Origin: Eledone cirrhosa
Taxonomy: Eukaryota
NCBI GenBank assembly: GCA_964016885.1
Contig: OZ024743.1
Span: forward strand, 130,200,001-130,264,000
Direction: 5' to 3'
DNA length: 64,000 nucleotides
The notes beneath the pieces are model-generated. The model had not been told where the DNA came from. It worked only from the letters and a program-made list of their open reading frames with translations, and did not search any database. Positions 1 to 10,699 of this stretch are shown here, piece by piece. Each line of letters begins with the position of its first letter. Positions within the stretch are counted from its first letter, which is position 1. A program made the translations under genes and the position numbers.

Positions 1-3000
1 TGTTTGGTGTTTGGTGCTTGGTGTTTGGTGCTTGGTGCTTGGTGTTTGGTGCCTGGTGCTTGGTGCTTGATGCTTGGTGTTTGGTTTTTGGTGCTTGGTG
101 CTTGGTGCTTGGTCCTTGGTGTTTGGTGCTGGGTGCTTTGTGTTTGGTGCTTGGTGCTTGGTGCTTGGTGTTTGGTGTTTGCTGCTTGGTGTTTGATGCT
201 TGGTGCTTGGTGCTTGGTGTTTTGTGTTTGGTGCTTGGTGCTTGGTGTTTGGTGTTTGGTGCTTGGTGCTTGGTGTTTGTACTTGGTGCTTGGTGCTTGG
301 TGTTTGGTTCTTGGTTCTTGGTGTTTGGTGTTTTGCGTTTGGTGTTTGGTGCTTGGTGTTTGGTGCTTGGTGCTTGGTGTTTGGTGCCTGGTGCTTGGTG
401 CTTGGTGCTTGGTGTTTGGTGTTTGGTGCTTGGTGCTTGGAGTTTGGTGTTTGGTGCTTGGTGCTTGGTGCTTGGTCCTTGGTGTTTGGTGCAGGGTGCT
501 TTGTGTTTGGTGATTGGTGCTTGGTGTTTGGTGTTTGCTGCTTGGTGCTTGGTGCTTGGTGTTTCTACTTGGTGCTTGGTGCTTGGTGTTTGGTTCTTGG
601 TTCTTGGTGTTTGGTACTTGGTGCTTGGTGCTTGGTGCTTGATGTTTGGTGTTTGGTGCTTGGTGTTTGGTGCTTGGTGGTTGATGCTTGGTGCTTGGTG
701 CTTGGTGTTAGGTATTTGGTGCTTGGTGCTTGGTGTTTGGTGCTTGGTGTTTGGTGTTTGCTGTTTGGTGTTTGGTGTTTGCTGTTTGGTGTTTGCTGTT
801 TGGTGTTTGGTGTTTGCTGTTTGGTGTTTGGTCTTTGGTGCTTGGTGTTTGGTGCTTGGTGTTTGGTGTTTGGTGCTTGGTGCTTGGTGCTTGGTGTTTG
901 GTGCTTGGTGCTTGGTGTTTTGTGTTTCGTGTTTGGTTTTTGGTGCTTGGTGCTTGGTGCTTGGTCCTTGGTGTTAGGTGCTGGGTGCTTTGTGTTTGGT
1001 GCTTGGTGCCTGGTGTTTGGTGTTTGGTGTTTGGTGCTTGGTGTCTGGTGCTTGGTGTTTGGTGCTTGGTGTTTGGTGTTTGGTGCTTGGTGCTTGGTGT
1101 TTGGTGTTTGGTGCTTGGTGTTTGGTGTTTGGTGCTTGTTGCTTGGTGCTTGATGTTTGGTGCTTGGTGCTTGGTGTTTGGTGCTGGGTGCTTGGTGCTT
1201 GTTATTTGGTTTTTGGTGCTTGGTGCTTGGTGTTTGTTGTTTGGTGTTATATGCTTGGTGTTTGATGCTTGGTGCTTGGTGCTTGGTGTTTGGTGTTTGG
1301 TGTTTGGTGCTTGGTGCTTGGTGTTTGGTGCTTGGTGCTGAGTGGTTGGTGTTTGGTGCTTGGTGTTTGGTGCTGGGTGCTTGGTGTTTGGTGCTGGGTG
1401 CTTGGTGTTTGGTGCTTGGTGCTTGGTCTTTGGTGCTTGGTGTTTGGTGCTTGGTGCTTGGTGCTTGGTGTTTGGTGCTTGGTGCTTGGTGTTTGGTGCT
1501 TGGTGCTTGGTGTTTGCTGTTTGCTGTTTGGTGTTTGTTGTTTGGTGTTTGTTGTTTGGTGTTTGCTGTTTGGTGTTTGGTGTTTGCTTTTTGGTGTTTG
1601 GTGTTTGCTGTATGTTGTTTGCTGTTTGGTATTTGGTGTTTGGTGCCTGGTGCTTGGTGCTTGGTGCTTGGTGTTTGGTGTTTGGTGCTTGGTGCTTGGT
1701 GTTTTGTGTTTCGTGTTTGGTTTTTGGTGCTTGGTGCTTGGTGCTTGGTCATTGGTGTTAGGTGCTGGGTGCTTTGTGTTTGGTGCTTGGTGCTTGGTGT
1801 TTGGTGTTTGCTGCTTGGTGCTTGATGCTTGGTGTTTGGTGCTTGGTGCTTGGTGCTTGGTGTTTGTACTTGGTGCTTGGTGCTTGGTGTTTGGTTCTTG
1901 GTTCTTGGTGTTTGGTGTTTGGCATTTGGTGTTTGGTGCTTGGTGCTTGGTGTTTGGTGCTTGGTGCTTGGTGTTTGGTGCCTGGTGCTTGGTGCTTGGT
2001 GCTTGGTGTTTGGAGTTTGGTGTTTGGTGCTTGGTGCTTGGTGCTTGGTCCTTGGTGTTTGGTGCTGGGTGCTTTGTGTTTGGTGATTGGTGCTTGGTGT
2101 TTGGTGTTTGCTGCTTGGTGTTGATGCTTGGTGCTTGGTGTTTTGTGTTTGGTGCTTGGTGCTTGGTGTTTGGTGCTTGGTGCTTGGTGCTTGGTGTTTG
2201 TACTTGGTGCTTGGTGTTTGGTGTTTGGTTCTTGGTTCTTGGTGTTTGGTACTTGGTGCTTGGTGCTTGGTGCTTGGTGTTAGGTATTTGGTGCTTGGTG
2301 CTTCGTGTTTGGTGCTTGGTGTTTGGTGTTTGCTGTTTGGAGTTTGGTGTTTGGTGTTTGGTTTTGCTGTCTGGTGTCTGCTTTTTGGTGTTTAGTGTTT
2401 GCTGTATGGTGTTTGCTGTTTCGTGTTTGGTGTTTGCTGTTTGGTGTTTGGTCTTTGGTGCTTGGTGTTTGGTGCTTGGTGTTTGGTGTTTGGTGCTTGC
2501 TGCTTGGTGTTTGGTGTTTGGTGCTTGGTGCTTGGTGTTTGGTGTTTAGTGTTTGGTGCTTGGTGTCTGGTGCTTGGTGTTTGGTGTTTGGTGCTTGGTG
2601 TTTGGTGTTTGGTGATTGGTGCTTGGTGTTTGGTGTTTGCTGCTTGGTGTTTGATGCTTGGTGCTTGGTGTTTTGTGTTTGGTGCTTGGTGCTTGGTGTT
2701 TGGTGCTTGTTTCTTGGTGCTTGGTGTTTGTACTTGGTGCTTGGTGCTTGGTGTTTGGTTCTTGGTTCTTGGTGTTTGGTACTTGGTGCTTGGTGTTTGG
2801 TGTTTGCTGTTTGGTGTTTGGTGTTTGGTGTTTGGTGTTTGCTGTTTGGTGTCTGCTTTTTGGTGTTTAGTGTTTGCTGTATGGTGTTTGGTGTTTGCTG
2901 TTTGGTGTTTGGTCTTTGGTGCTTGGTGTTTGGTGCTCGGTGCTTGGTGTTTGGTATTCGGTGCTTGCTGCTTGGTGTTTGGTGCTTGGTGTTTGGTGTT

Positions 3001-6000
3001 TGGTGTTTGGTGCTTGGTGTCTGGTGCTTGGTGTTTGGTGCTTGGTGTTTGGTGTTTGGTGCTTGGTGTTTGGTGTTTGGTGTTTGGTGCTTGGTGCTTG
3101 GTGTTTGGTGTTTGGTGTTTGGTGCTTGGTGTCTGGTGCTTGGTGTTTGGTGTTTGGTGCTTGGTGTTTGGTGTTTGGTGTTTGTTGCTTGGTGCTTGGT
3201 GCTTGGTGTTTGGTGTTTGGTGTTTGGTGCTTGGTGCTTGGTGTTTGGTGCTTGGTGCTGAGTGGTTGGTGTTTGGTGCTTGGTGTTTGGTGCTGGGTGC
3301 TTGGTTTTTGGTCCTGGGTGCTTGGTGTTTGGTGCTTGGTGCTTGGTGCTTGGTGTTTGGTGCTTGGTGCTTGTTGTTTGGGGGATTGGTGCTTAGTGTT
3401 TGGTGCTAGGTGCTTGGTGTTTGGTGCTTGGTGTTTGGTGCTTGGTGCTTGGTGTTTGGTGTTTGGTGTTTGGTGCTTGGTGTTTGGTGCTTGGTGCTTG
3501 GTGTTTGGTGTTTGGTGCTTGGTGCTTGGTGCTTGGTGTTTGGTGTTTGGTGTTTGGTGCTTGGTGCTTGGTGTTTGGTGCTTGGTGCTGAGTGGTTGGT
3601 GTTTGGTGCTTGGTGTTTGGTGCTGGGTGCTTGGTTTTTGGTCCTGGGTGCTTGGTGTTTGGTGCTTGGTGCTTGGTGCTTGGTGTTTGGTGCTTGGTGC
3701 TTGGTGTTTGGTGCTTGGTGCTTAGTGTTTGGTGCTAGGTGCTTGGTGTTTGGTGCTTGGTGTTTGGTGCTTGGTGCTTGGTGTTTGGTGTTTGATGTTT
3801 GGTGCTTGGTGCTTGGTGTTTGCTGTTTGCTGTTTGGTGTTTGTTGTTTGGTGTTTGCTGTTTGGTGTTTGGTGTTTGCTATTTGGTGTTTGGTGTTTGC
3901 TGTATGTTGTTTGCTGTTTGGTGTTTGGTGTTTGGTGTTTGGTGTTTGGTGTTTGGTGTTTGGTGCTTGGTGTTTGGTGCTTGGTGCTTGGTGTTTGGTG
4001 CCTGGTGCTTGGTGCTTGATGCTTGGTGTTTGGTTTTTGGTGCTTGGTGCTTGGTGCTTGGTCCTTGGTGTTTGGTGCTGGGTGCTTTGTGTTTGGTGCT
4101 TGGTGCTTGGTGCTTGGTGTTTGGTGTTTGCTGCTTGGTGTTTGATGCTTGGTGCTTGGTGCTTGGTGTTTTGTGTTTGGTGCTTGGTGCTTGGTGTTTG
4201 GTGTTTGGTGCTTGGTGCTTGGTGTTTGTACTTGGTGCTTGGTGCTTGGTGTTTGGTTCTTGGTTCTTGGTGTTTGGTGTTTTGCGTTTGGTGTTTGGTG
4301 CTTGGTGTTTGGTGTTTGGTGCTTGGTGCTTGGTGCTTGGTCCTTGGTGTTTGGTGCAGGGTGCTTTGTGTTTGGTGATTGGTGCTTGGTGTTTGGTGTT
4401 TGCTGCTTGGTGCTTGGTGCTTGGTGTTTCTACTTGGTGCTTGGTGCTTGGTGTTTGGTTCTTGGTTCTTGGTGTTTGGTACTTGGTGCTTGGTGCTTGG
4501 TGCTTGATGTTTGGTGTTTGGTGCTTGGTGTTTGGTGCTTGGTGGTTGGTGCTTGGTGCTTGGTGCTTGGTGTTAGGTATTTGGTGCTTGGTGCTTGGTG
4601 TTTGGTGCTTGGTGTTTGGTGTTTGCTGTTTGGTGTTTGGTGTTTGCTGTTTGGTGTTTGCTGTTTGGTGTTTGGTGTTTGCTGTTTGGTGTTTGGTCTT
4701 TGGTGCTTGGTGTTTGGTGCTTGGTGTTTGGTGTTTGGTGCTTGGTGCTTGGTGCTTGGTGTTTGGTGCTTGGTGCTTGGTGTTTTGTGTTTCGTGTTTG
4801 GTTTTTGGTGCTTGGTGCTTGGTGCTTGGTCCTTGGTGTTAGGTGCTGGGTGCTTTGTGTTTGGTGCTTGGTGCTTGGTGTTTGGTGTTTGCTGCTTGGT
4901 GCTTGATGCTTGGTGTTTGGTGCTTGGTGCTTGGTGCTTGGTGTTTGTACTTGGTGCTTAGTGCTTGGTGTTTGGTTCTTGGTTCTTGGTGTTTGGTGCT
5001 TGGTATTTGGTGTTTGGTGCTTGGTGCTTGGTGTTTGGTGCTTGGTGCTTGGTGTTTGGTGCCTGGTGCTTGGTGCTTGGTGCTTGGTGTTTGGAGTTTG
5101 GTGTTTGGTGCTTGGTGCTTCGTGCTTGGTCCTTGGTGTTTGGTGCTGGGTGCTTTGTGTTTGGTGATTGGTGCTTGGTGTTTGGTGTTTGCTGCTTGGT
5201 GTTTGATGCTTGGTGCTTGGTGTTTTGTGTTTGGTGCTTGGTGCTTGGTGTTTGGTGCTTGGTGCTTGGTGCTTGGTGTTTGTACTTGGTGCTTGGTGTT
5301 TGGTGTTTGGTTCTTGGTTCTTGGTGTTTGGTACTTGGTGCTTGGTGCTTGGTGCTTGGTGTTAGGTATTTGGTGCTTGGTGCTTCGTGTTTGGTGCTTG
5401 GTGTTTGGTGTTTGCTGTTTGGAGTTTGGTGTTTGGTGTTTGGTTTTGCTGTCTGGTGTCTGCTTTTTGGTGTTTAGTGTTTGCTGTATGGTGTTTGCTG
5501 TTTCGTGTTTGGTGTTTGCTGTCTGGTGTTTGGTCTTTGGTGCTTGGTGTTTGGTGCTTGGTGTTTGGTGTTTGGTGCTTGCTGCTTGGTGTTTGGTGTT
5601 TGGTGCTTGGTGCTTGGTGTTTGGTGTTTAGTGTTTGGTGCTTGGTGTCTGGTGCTTGGTGTTTGGTGTTTGGTGCTTGGTGTTTGGTGTTTGGTGATTG
5701 GTGCTTGGTGTTTGGTGTTTGCTGCTTGGTGTTTGATGCTTGGTGCTTGGTGTTTTGTGTTTGGTGTTTGGTGCTTGGTGTTTGGTGCTTGGTGCTTGGT
5801 GCTTGGTGTTTGAACTTGGTGCTTGGTGCTTGGTGTTTGGTTCTTGGTTCTTGGTGTTTGGTACTTGGTGCTTGGTGTTTGGTGTTTGCTGTTTGGTGTT
5901 TGGTGTTTGGTGTTTGGTGTTTGCTGTTTGGTGTCTGCTTTTTGGTGTTTAGTGTTTGCTGTATGGTGTTTGGTGTTTGCTGTTTCGTGTTTGGTCTTTG

Positions 6001-9000
6001 GTGCTTGGTGTTTGGTGCTCGGTGCTTGGTGTTTGGTATTCGGTGCTTGGTGCTTGGTGTTTGGTGCTTGGTGTTTGGTGTTTGGTGTTTGGTGCTTGGT
6101 GTCTGGTGCTTGGTGTTTGGTGTTTGGTGTTTGGTGTTTGGTGCTTGGTGCTTGGTGCTTGGTGTTTGGTGTTTGGTGTTTGGTGCTTGGTGCTTGGTGT
6201 TTGGTGCTTGGTGCTGAGTGGTTGGTGTTTGGTGCTTGGTGTTTGGTGCTGGGTGCTTGGTTTTTGGTCCTGGGTGCTTGGTGTTTGGTGCTTGGTGCTT
6301 GGTGCTTGGTGTTTGGTGCTTGGTGCTTGGTGTTTGGTGCTTGGTGCTTAGTGTTTGGTGCTAGGTGCTTGGTGTTTGGTGCTTGGTGTTTGGTGCTTGG
6401 TGCTTGGTGTTTGGTGTTTGGTGTTTGGTGCTTGGTGCTTGGTGCTTGGTGTTTGGTGTTTGGTGCTTGGTGCTTGGTGCTTGGTGTTTGGTGTTTGGTG
6501 TTTGGTGCTTGGTGCTTGGTGTTTGGTGCTTGGTGCTGAGTGGTTGGTGTTTGGTGCTTGGTGTTTGGTGCTGGGTGCTTGGTTTTTGGTCCTGGGTGCT
6601 TGGTGTTTGGTGCTTGGTGCTTGGTGCTTGGTGTTTGGTGCTTGGTGCTTGGTGTTTGGTGCTTGGTGCTTAGTGTTTGGTGCTAGGTGCTAGGTGCTTG
6701 GTGTTAGGTGCTTGGTGTTTGGTGCTTGGTGCTTGGTGTTTGGTGTTTGGTGTTTGGTGTTTGGTGCTTGGTGCTTGCTGTTTGCTGTTTGGTGTTTGCT
6801 ATTTGGTGTTTGGTGTTTGCTGTATGTTGTTTGCTGTTTGGTGTTTGGTGTTTGGTGTTTGGTGTTTGGTGTTTGGTGTTTGGTGCTTGGTGTTTGGTGC
6901 TTGGTGCTTGGTGTTTGGTGCCTGGTGCTTGGTGCTTGATACTTGGTGTTTGGTTTTTGGTGCTTGGTGCTTGGTGCATGGTCCTTGGTGTTTGGTGCTT
7001 GGTGCTTGGTGTTTGGTGCTTGGTGCTTGGTGCTTGGTGTTTGTACTTGGTGCTTGGTGCTTGGTGTTTGGTTCTTGGTTCTTGGTGTTTGGTGTTTTGC
7101 GTTTGGTGTTTGGTGCTTGGTGTTTGGTGCTTGGTGCTTGGTGTTTGGTGCCTGGTGCTTGGTGCTTGGTGCTTGGTGTTTGGTGTTTGGTGCTTGGTGC
7201 TTGGAGTTTGGTGTTTGGTGCTTGGTGCTTGGTGCTTGGTCCTTAGTGTTTGGTGCTGGGTGCTTTGTGTTTGGTGATTGGTGCTTGGTGTTTGGTGTTT
7301 GCTGCTTGGTGTTTGATGCTTGGTGTTTTGTATTTGGTGCTTGGTGCTTGGTGTTTGGTGCTTGGTGCTTGGTGCTTGGTGTTTCTACTTGGTGCTTGGT
7401 GCTTGGTGTTTGGTTCTTGGTTCTTGGTGTTTGGTACTTGGTGCTTGGTGCTTGGTGCTTGATGTTTGGTGTTTGGTGCTTGGTGTTTGGTGCTTGGTGG
7501 TTGGTGCTTGGTGCTTGGTGCTTGGTGTTAGGTATTTGGTGCTTGGTGCTTGGTGTTTGGTGCTTGGTGTTTGGTGTTTGCTGTTTGGTGTTTGGTGTTT
7601 GGTGTTTGGTGTTTGCTGTTTGCTGTTTGGTGTTTGCTGTTTGGTGTTTGGTCTTTGGTGCTTGGTGTTTGGTGCTTGGTGTTTGGTGTTTGGTGCTTGG
7701 TGCTTGGTGTTTGGTGTTTGGTGCTTGGTGCTTGGTGTTTGGTGTTTGGTGTTTGGTGCTTGGTGTCTGGTGCTTGGTGTTTGGTGTTTGGTGCTTGGTG
7801 TTTGGTGTTTGGTGCTTGGTGCTTGGTGTTTGGTGTTTGGTGCTTGGTGTTTGGTGTTTGGTGCTTGTTGCTTGGTGCTTGATGTTTGGTGCTTGGTGCT
7901 TGGTGTTTGGTGCTGGGTGTTTGGTGTTTGGTGCTTGGTGCTTGGTGTTTGGTGCTTGGTGCTGAGTGGTTGGTGTTTGGTGCTTGGTGTTTGGTGCTGG
8001 GTGCTTGGTGTTTGGTGCTGGGTGCTTGGTGTTTGGTGCTTGGTGCTTGGTCTTTGGTGCTTGGTGTTTGGTGCTTGGTGCTTGGTGCTTGGTGTTTGGT
8101 GCTTGGTGCTTGGTGTTTGGTGCTTGGTGCTTGGTGTTTGCTGTTTGCTGTTTGGTGTTTGTTGTTTGGTGTTTGTTGTTTGGTGTTTGCTGTTTGGTGT
8201 TTGGTGTTTGCTTTTTGGTGTTTGGTGTTTGCTGTATGTTGTTTGCTGTTTGGTGTTTGGTGTTTGGTGTTTGGTGCTTGGTGCTTGGTGTTTGGTGCCT
8301 GGTGCTTGGTGCTTGGTGCTTGGTGTTTGGTGTTTGGTGCTTGGTGCTTGGTGCTTGGTGTTTGGTGTTTGGTGCTTGGTGCTTGGTGTTTTGTGTTTCG
8401 TGTTTGGTTTTTGGTGCTTGGTGCTTGGTGCTTGGTCCTTGGTGTTAGGTGGTGGGTGCTTTGTGTTTGGTGCTTGGTGCTTGGTGTTTGGTGTTTGCTG
8501 CTTGGTGCTTGATGCTTGGTGTTTGGTGCTTGGTGCTTGGTGCTTGATGTTTGTACTTGGTGCTTGGTGCTTGGTGTTTGGTTCTTGGTTCTTGGTGTTT
8601 GGTGTTTGGCATTTGGTGTTTGGTGCTTGGTGCTTGGTGTTTGGTGCTTGGTGCTTGGTGTTTGGTGCCTGGTGCTTGGTGCTTGGTGCTTGGTGTTTGG
8701 TGTTTGGGGCTTGGTGCTTGGAGTTTGGTGTTTGGTGCTTGGTGCTTGGTGCTTGGTGTTTGGTGCTGGGTGCTTTGTGTTTGGTGATTGGTGCTTGGTG
8801 TTTGGTGTTTGCTGCTTGGTGTTTGATGCTTGGTGCTTGGTGTTTTGTGTTTGGTGCTTGGTGCTTGGTGTTTGGTGCTTGGTGCTTGGTGCTTGGTGTT
8901 TGTACTTGGTGCTTGGTGTTTGGTGTTTGGTTCTTGGTTCTTGGTGTTTGGTACTTGGTGCTTGGTGCTTGGTGCTTGGTGTTAGGTATTTGGTGCTTGG

Positions 9001-9139
9001 TGCTTCGTGTTTGGTGCTTGGTGTTTGGTGTTTGCTGTTTGGAGTTTGGTGTTTGGTGTTTGGTTTTGCTGTCTGGTGTCTGCTTTTTGGTGTTTAGTGT
9101 TTGCTGTATGGTGTTTGCTGTTTCGTGTTTGGTGTTTGC
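1..9139 (+). repeat. Left arm of the satellite, G/T-rich strand (YTTGGTG)n on +, about 1,300 monomers
   Basis: Continuous TTTGGTG/CTTGGTG with TTTGCTG islands and very few A bases. It ends ...TTTCGTG TTTGGTG TTTGC at 9139. Confidence 0.98.
1..9139 (+). repeat. Left-arm HOR of about 2.9-3.9 kb: copies about 1-3949, 3950-6869 and 6870-9139 (truncated)
   Basis: Marker CCTGGTGCTTGGTGCTTGAT at 52, 4001 and 6921. Marker TTTTGCTGTCTGGTGTCTGCTTTTTGG near 2362, 5444 and 9064. Marker GTTTCTACTT near 561, 4426 and 7381. Confidence 0.88.
3200..3790 (+). repeat. Internal tandem duplication of about 322-330 bp within the left HOR (also at about 6160-6730)
   Basis: The CTGAGTGGTTGG...GTCCTGGG...CTTAGTG...GCTAGG module has its TGA ending at 3261 and 3591, and again at 6217 and 6539. 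Confidence 0.85.
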
Positions 9140-9150
9140 ACCCAACACCA
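9131..9150. other. Strand-inversion junction joining two oppositely oriented satellite arms
   Basis: The sequence is GGTGTTTG-C-ACCCAACACCA. The C at 9139 can belong to either arm: the left homologue continues TTTGC|TG at 2437 and the right homologue is AAA|CACCCAA at 11155. There is no spacer DNA. Confidence 0.97.
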
Positions 9151-9329
9151 AACACCAAACATCAAACAGCAATCACGAATCACCAAACAGCAAACAGCAA
9201 ACACCAAACACCAAACACCAAACACCAAGCACCAAGCACCAAACACCAAACACCAAGCACCAAGCACCAAACACCAAATACCAAGCACCAAGCACCAAGC
9301 ACCAAGCACCAAACACCAAGCACCAAGCA

Positions 9330-10600
9330 CCAAGCACCAAACACCAAGCACCAAACACCAAGCACCAGACACGAAGCACCAAGCACCAAATACCAAGCAC
9401 CAAAAACAAAGCACCAAGCTCCAAGGACCAAACACCAAGCACCAAACACCAAACACCAAGCACCAAGCATGAAACACCAAGCACCAAGCGCCAAACACCA
9501 AACACCAAGCACCAAGCACCAAATACCAAGCACCAAGCACCAAGCACCAAGCACCAAACACCAAACACCAAACACCAAACAGCAAACAGCAATCTCCAAA
9601 CACCAAACACCAAACAGCAAACACCAAACACCAAACAGCAAACACCAAACAGCAAACAGCAAACACCAAACACCAACCAGCAAACACCAAGCACCAAACA
9701 CCAAGCACCAAGCAACAAGCACCAATCACCAAGCACCAAGCACTAAACACCAAACACCAAGCACCAAGCACCATGGACCAAACACCAAGCATCAAGCACC
9801 AAGCACCAAACGCCAAGCACCAAGCACCAAACACCAAGCACCAAGCACCATGCACCAAACACCAAGCACCAAAGACCAAGCACCAAATACCAAGCACCAA
9901 GCACCAAACACCAATCACCAAGCACCAAGCACCAAACACCAAGAACCCAGCACCAATCACTAAACACCAAACACCAAGCACCAAGCACCAAGTACCAAAC
10001 TCCAAACACCAAACACCAAGCACCAAGCACCAAATCGCAAGCACCAAACACCAAGCACCAAGCACCAAACACCAAACACCAAGCACCAAGCACCATGCAC
10101 CAATCACCAAACACCAAGCACCAAGCACCAAAGACCAAACACTAAGCACCAAGCACCAAACACCAAACACCAAGCACCTAGCACCAAGCACCAAGCACCA
10201 AGCACCAAACACCAAGCACCAAGCACCAAGCCCCAAACACCAAGCACCAAACACCAAGCACCAGACACGAAGCACCAAGCACCAAATACCAAGCACCAAA
10301 AACCAAGCACCAAGCTCCAAGGACCAAACACCAAGCACCAAACACCAAACACCAAGCACCAAGCCTGAAACACCAAGCACCAAGCGCCAAACACCAAACA
10401 CCAAGCACCAAGCACCAAATACCAAGCACCAAGCACCAAGCACCAAGCACCAAACACCAAACACCAAACACCAAACACCAAACAGCAAACAGCAAACTCC
10501 AAACACCAAACACCAAACAGCAAACACCAAACACCAAACAGCAAACACCAAACAGCAAACACCAAACACCAACCAGCAAACACCAAACACCAAACACCAA
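9330..10600 (-). repeat. Duplicated module with an 896-bp offset (128 monomers)
   Basis: CCAGACACGAAG...GCTCCAAGGACC starts at 9365 and at 10261, and similarity continues downstream. Confidence 0.75.
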
Positions 10601-10699
10601 ACAGCAAACGCCAAACATCAAACGCCAAACACCAAACGCCAAACAGCAAACGCCAAACACCAAACGCCAAACAGTAAGCACCAAGCACCAAACACCAAA

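Noticed and set aside
1-9139. Active canonical telomere
   Set aside because: The monomer is not a telomere repeat I recognise, the array is internal, and kb-scale copied variant patterns do not fit fresh telomerase synthesis.
7320-10614. ORFs crossing the inversion that look like two-domain proteins (hydrophobic N-terminus, polar C-terminus)
   Set aside because: This follows automatically from reading through the strand switch. It occurs in several frames on both strands, with no independent evidence of a gene.
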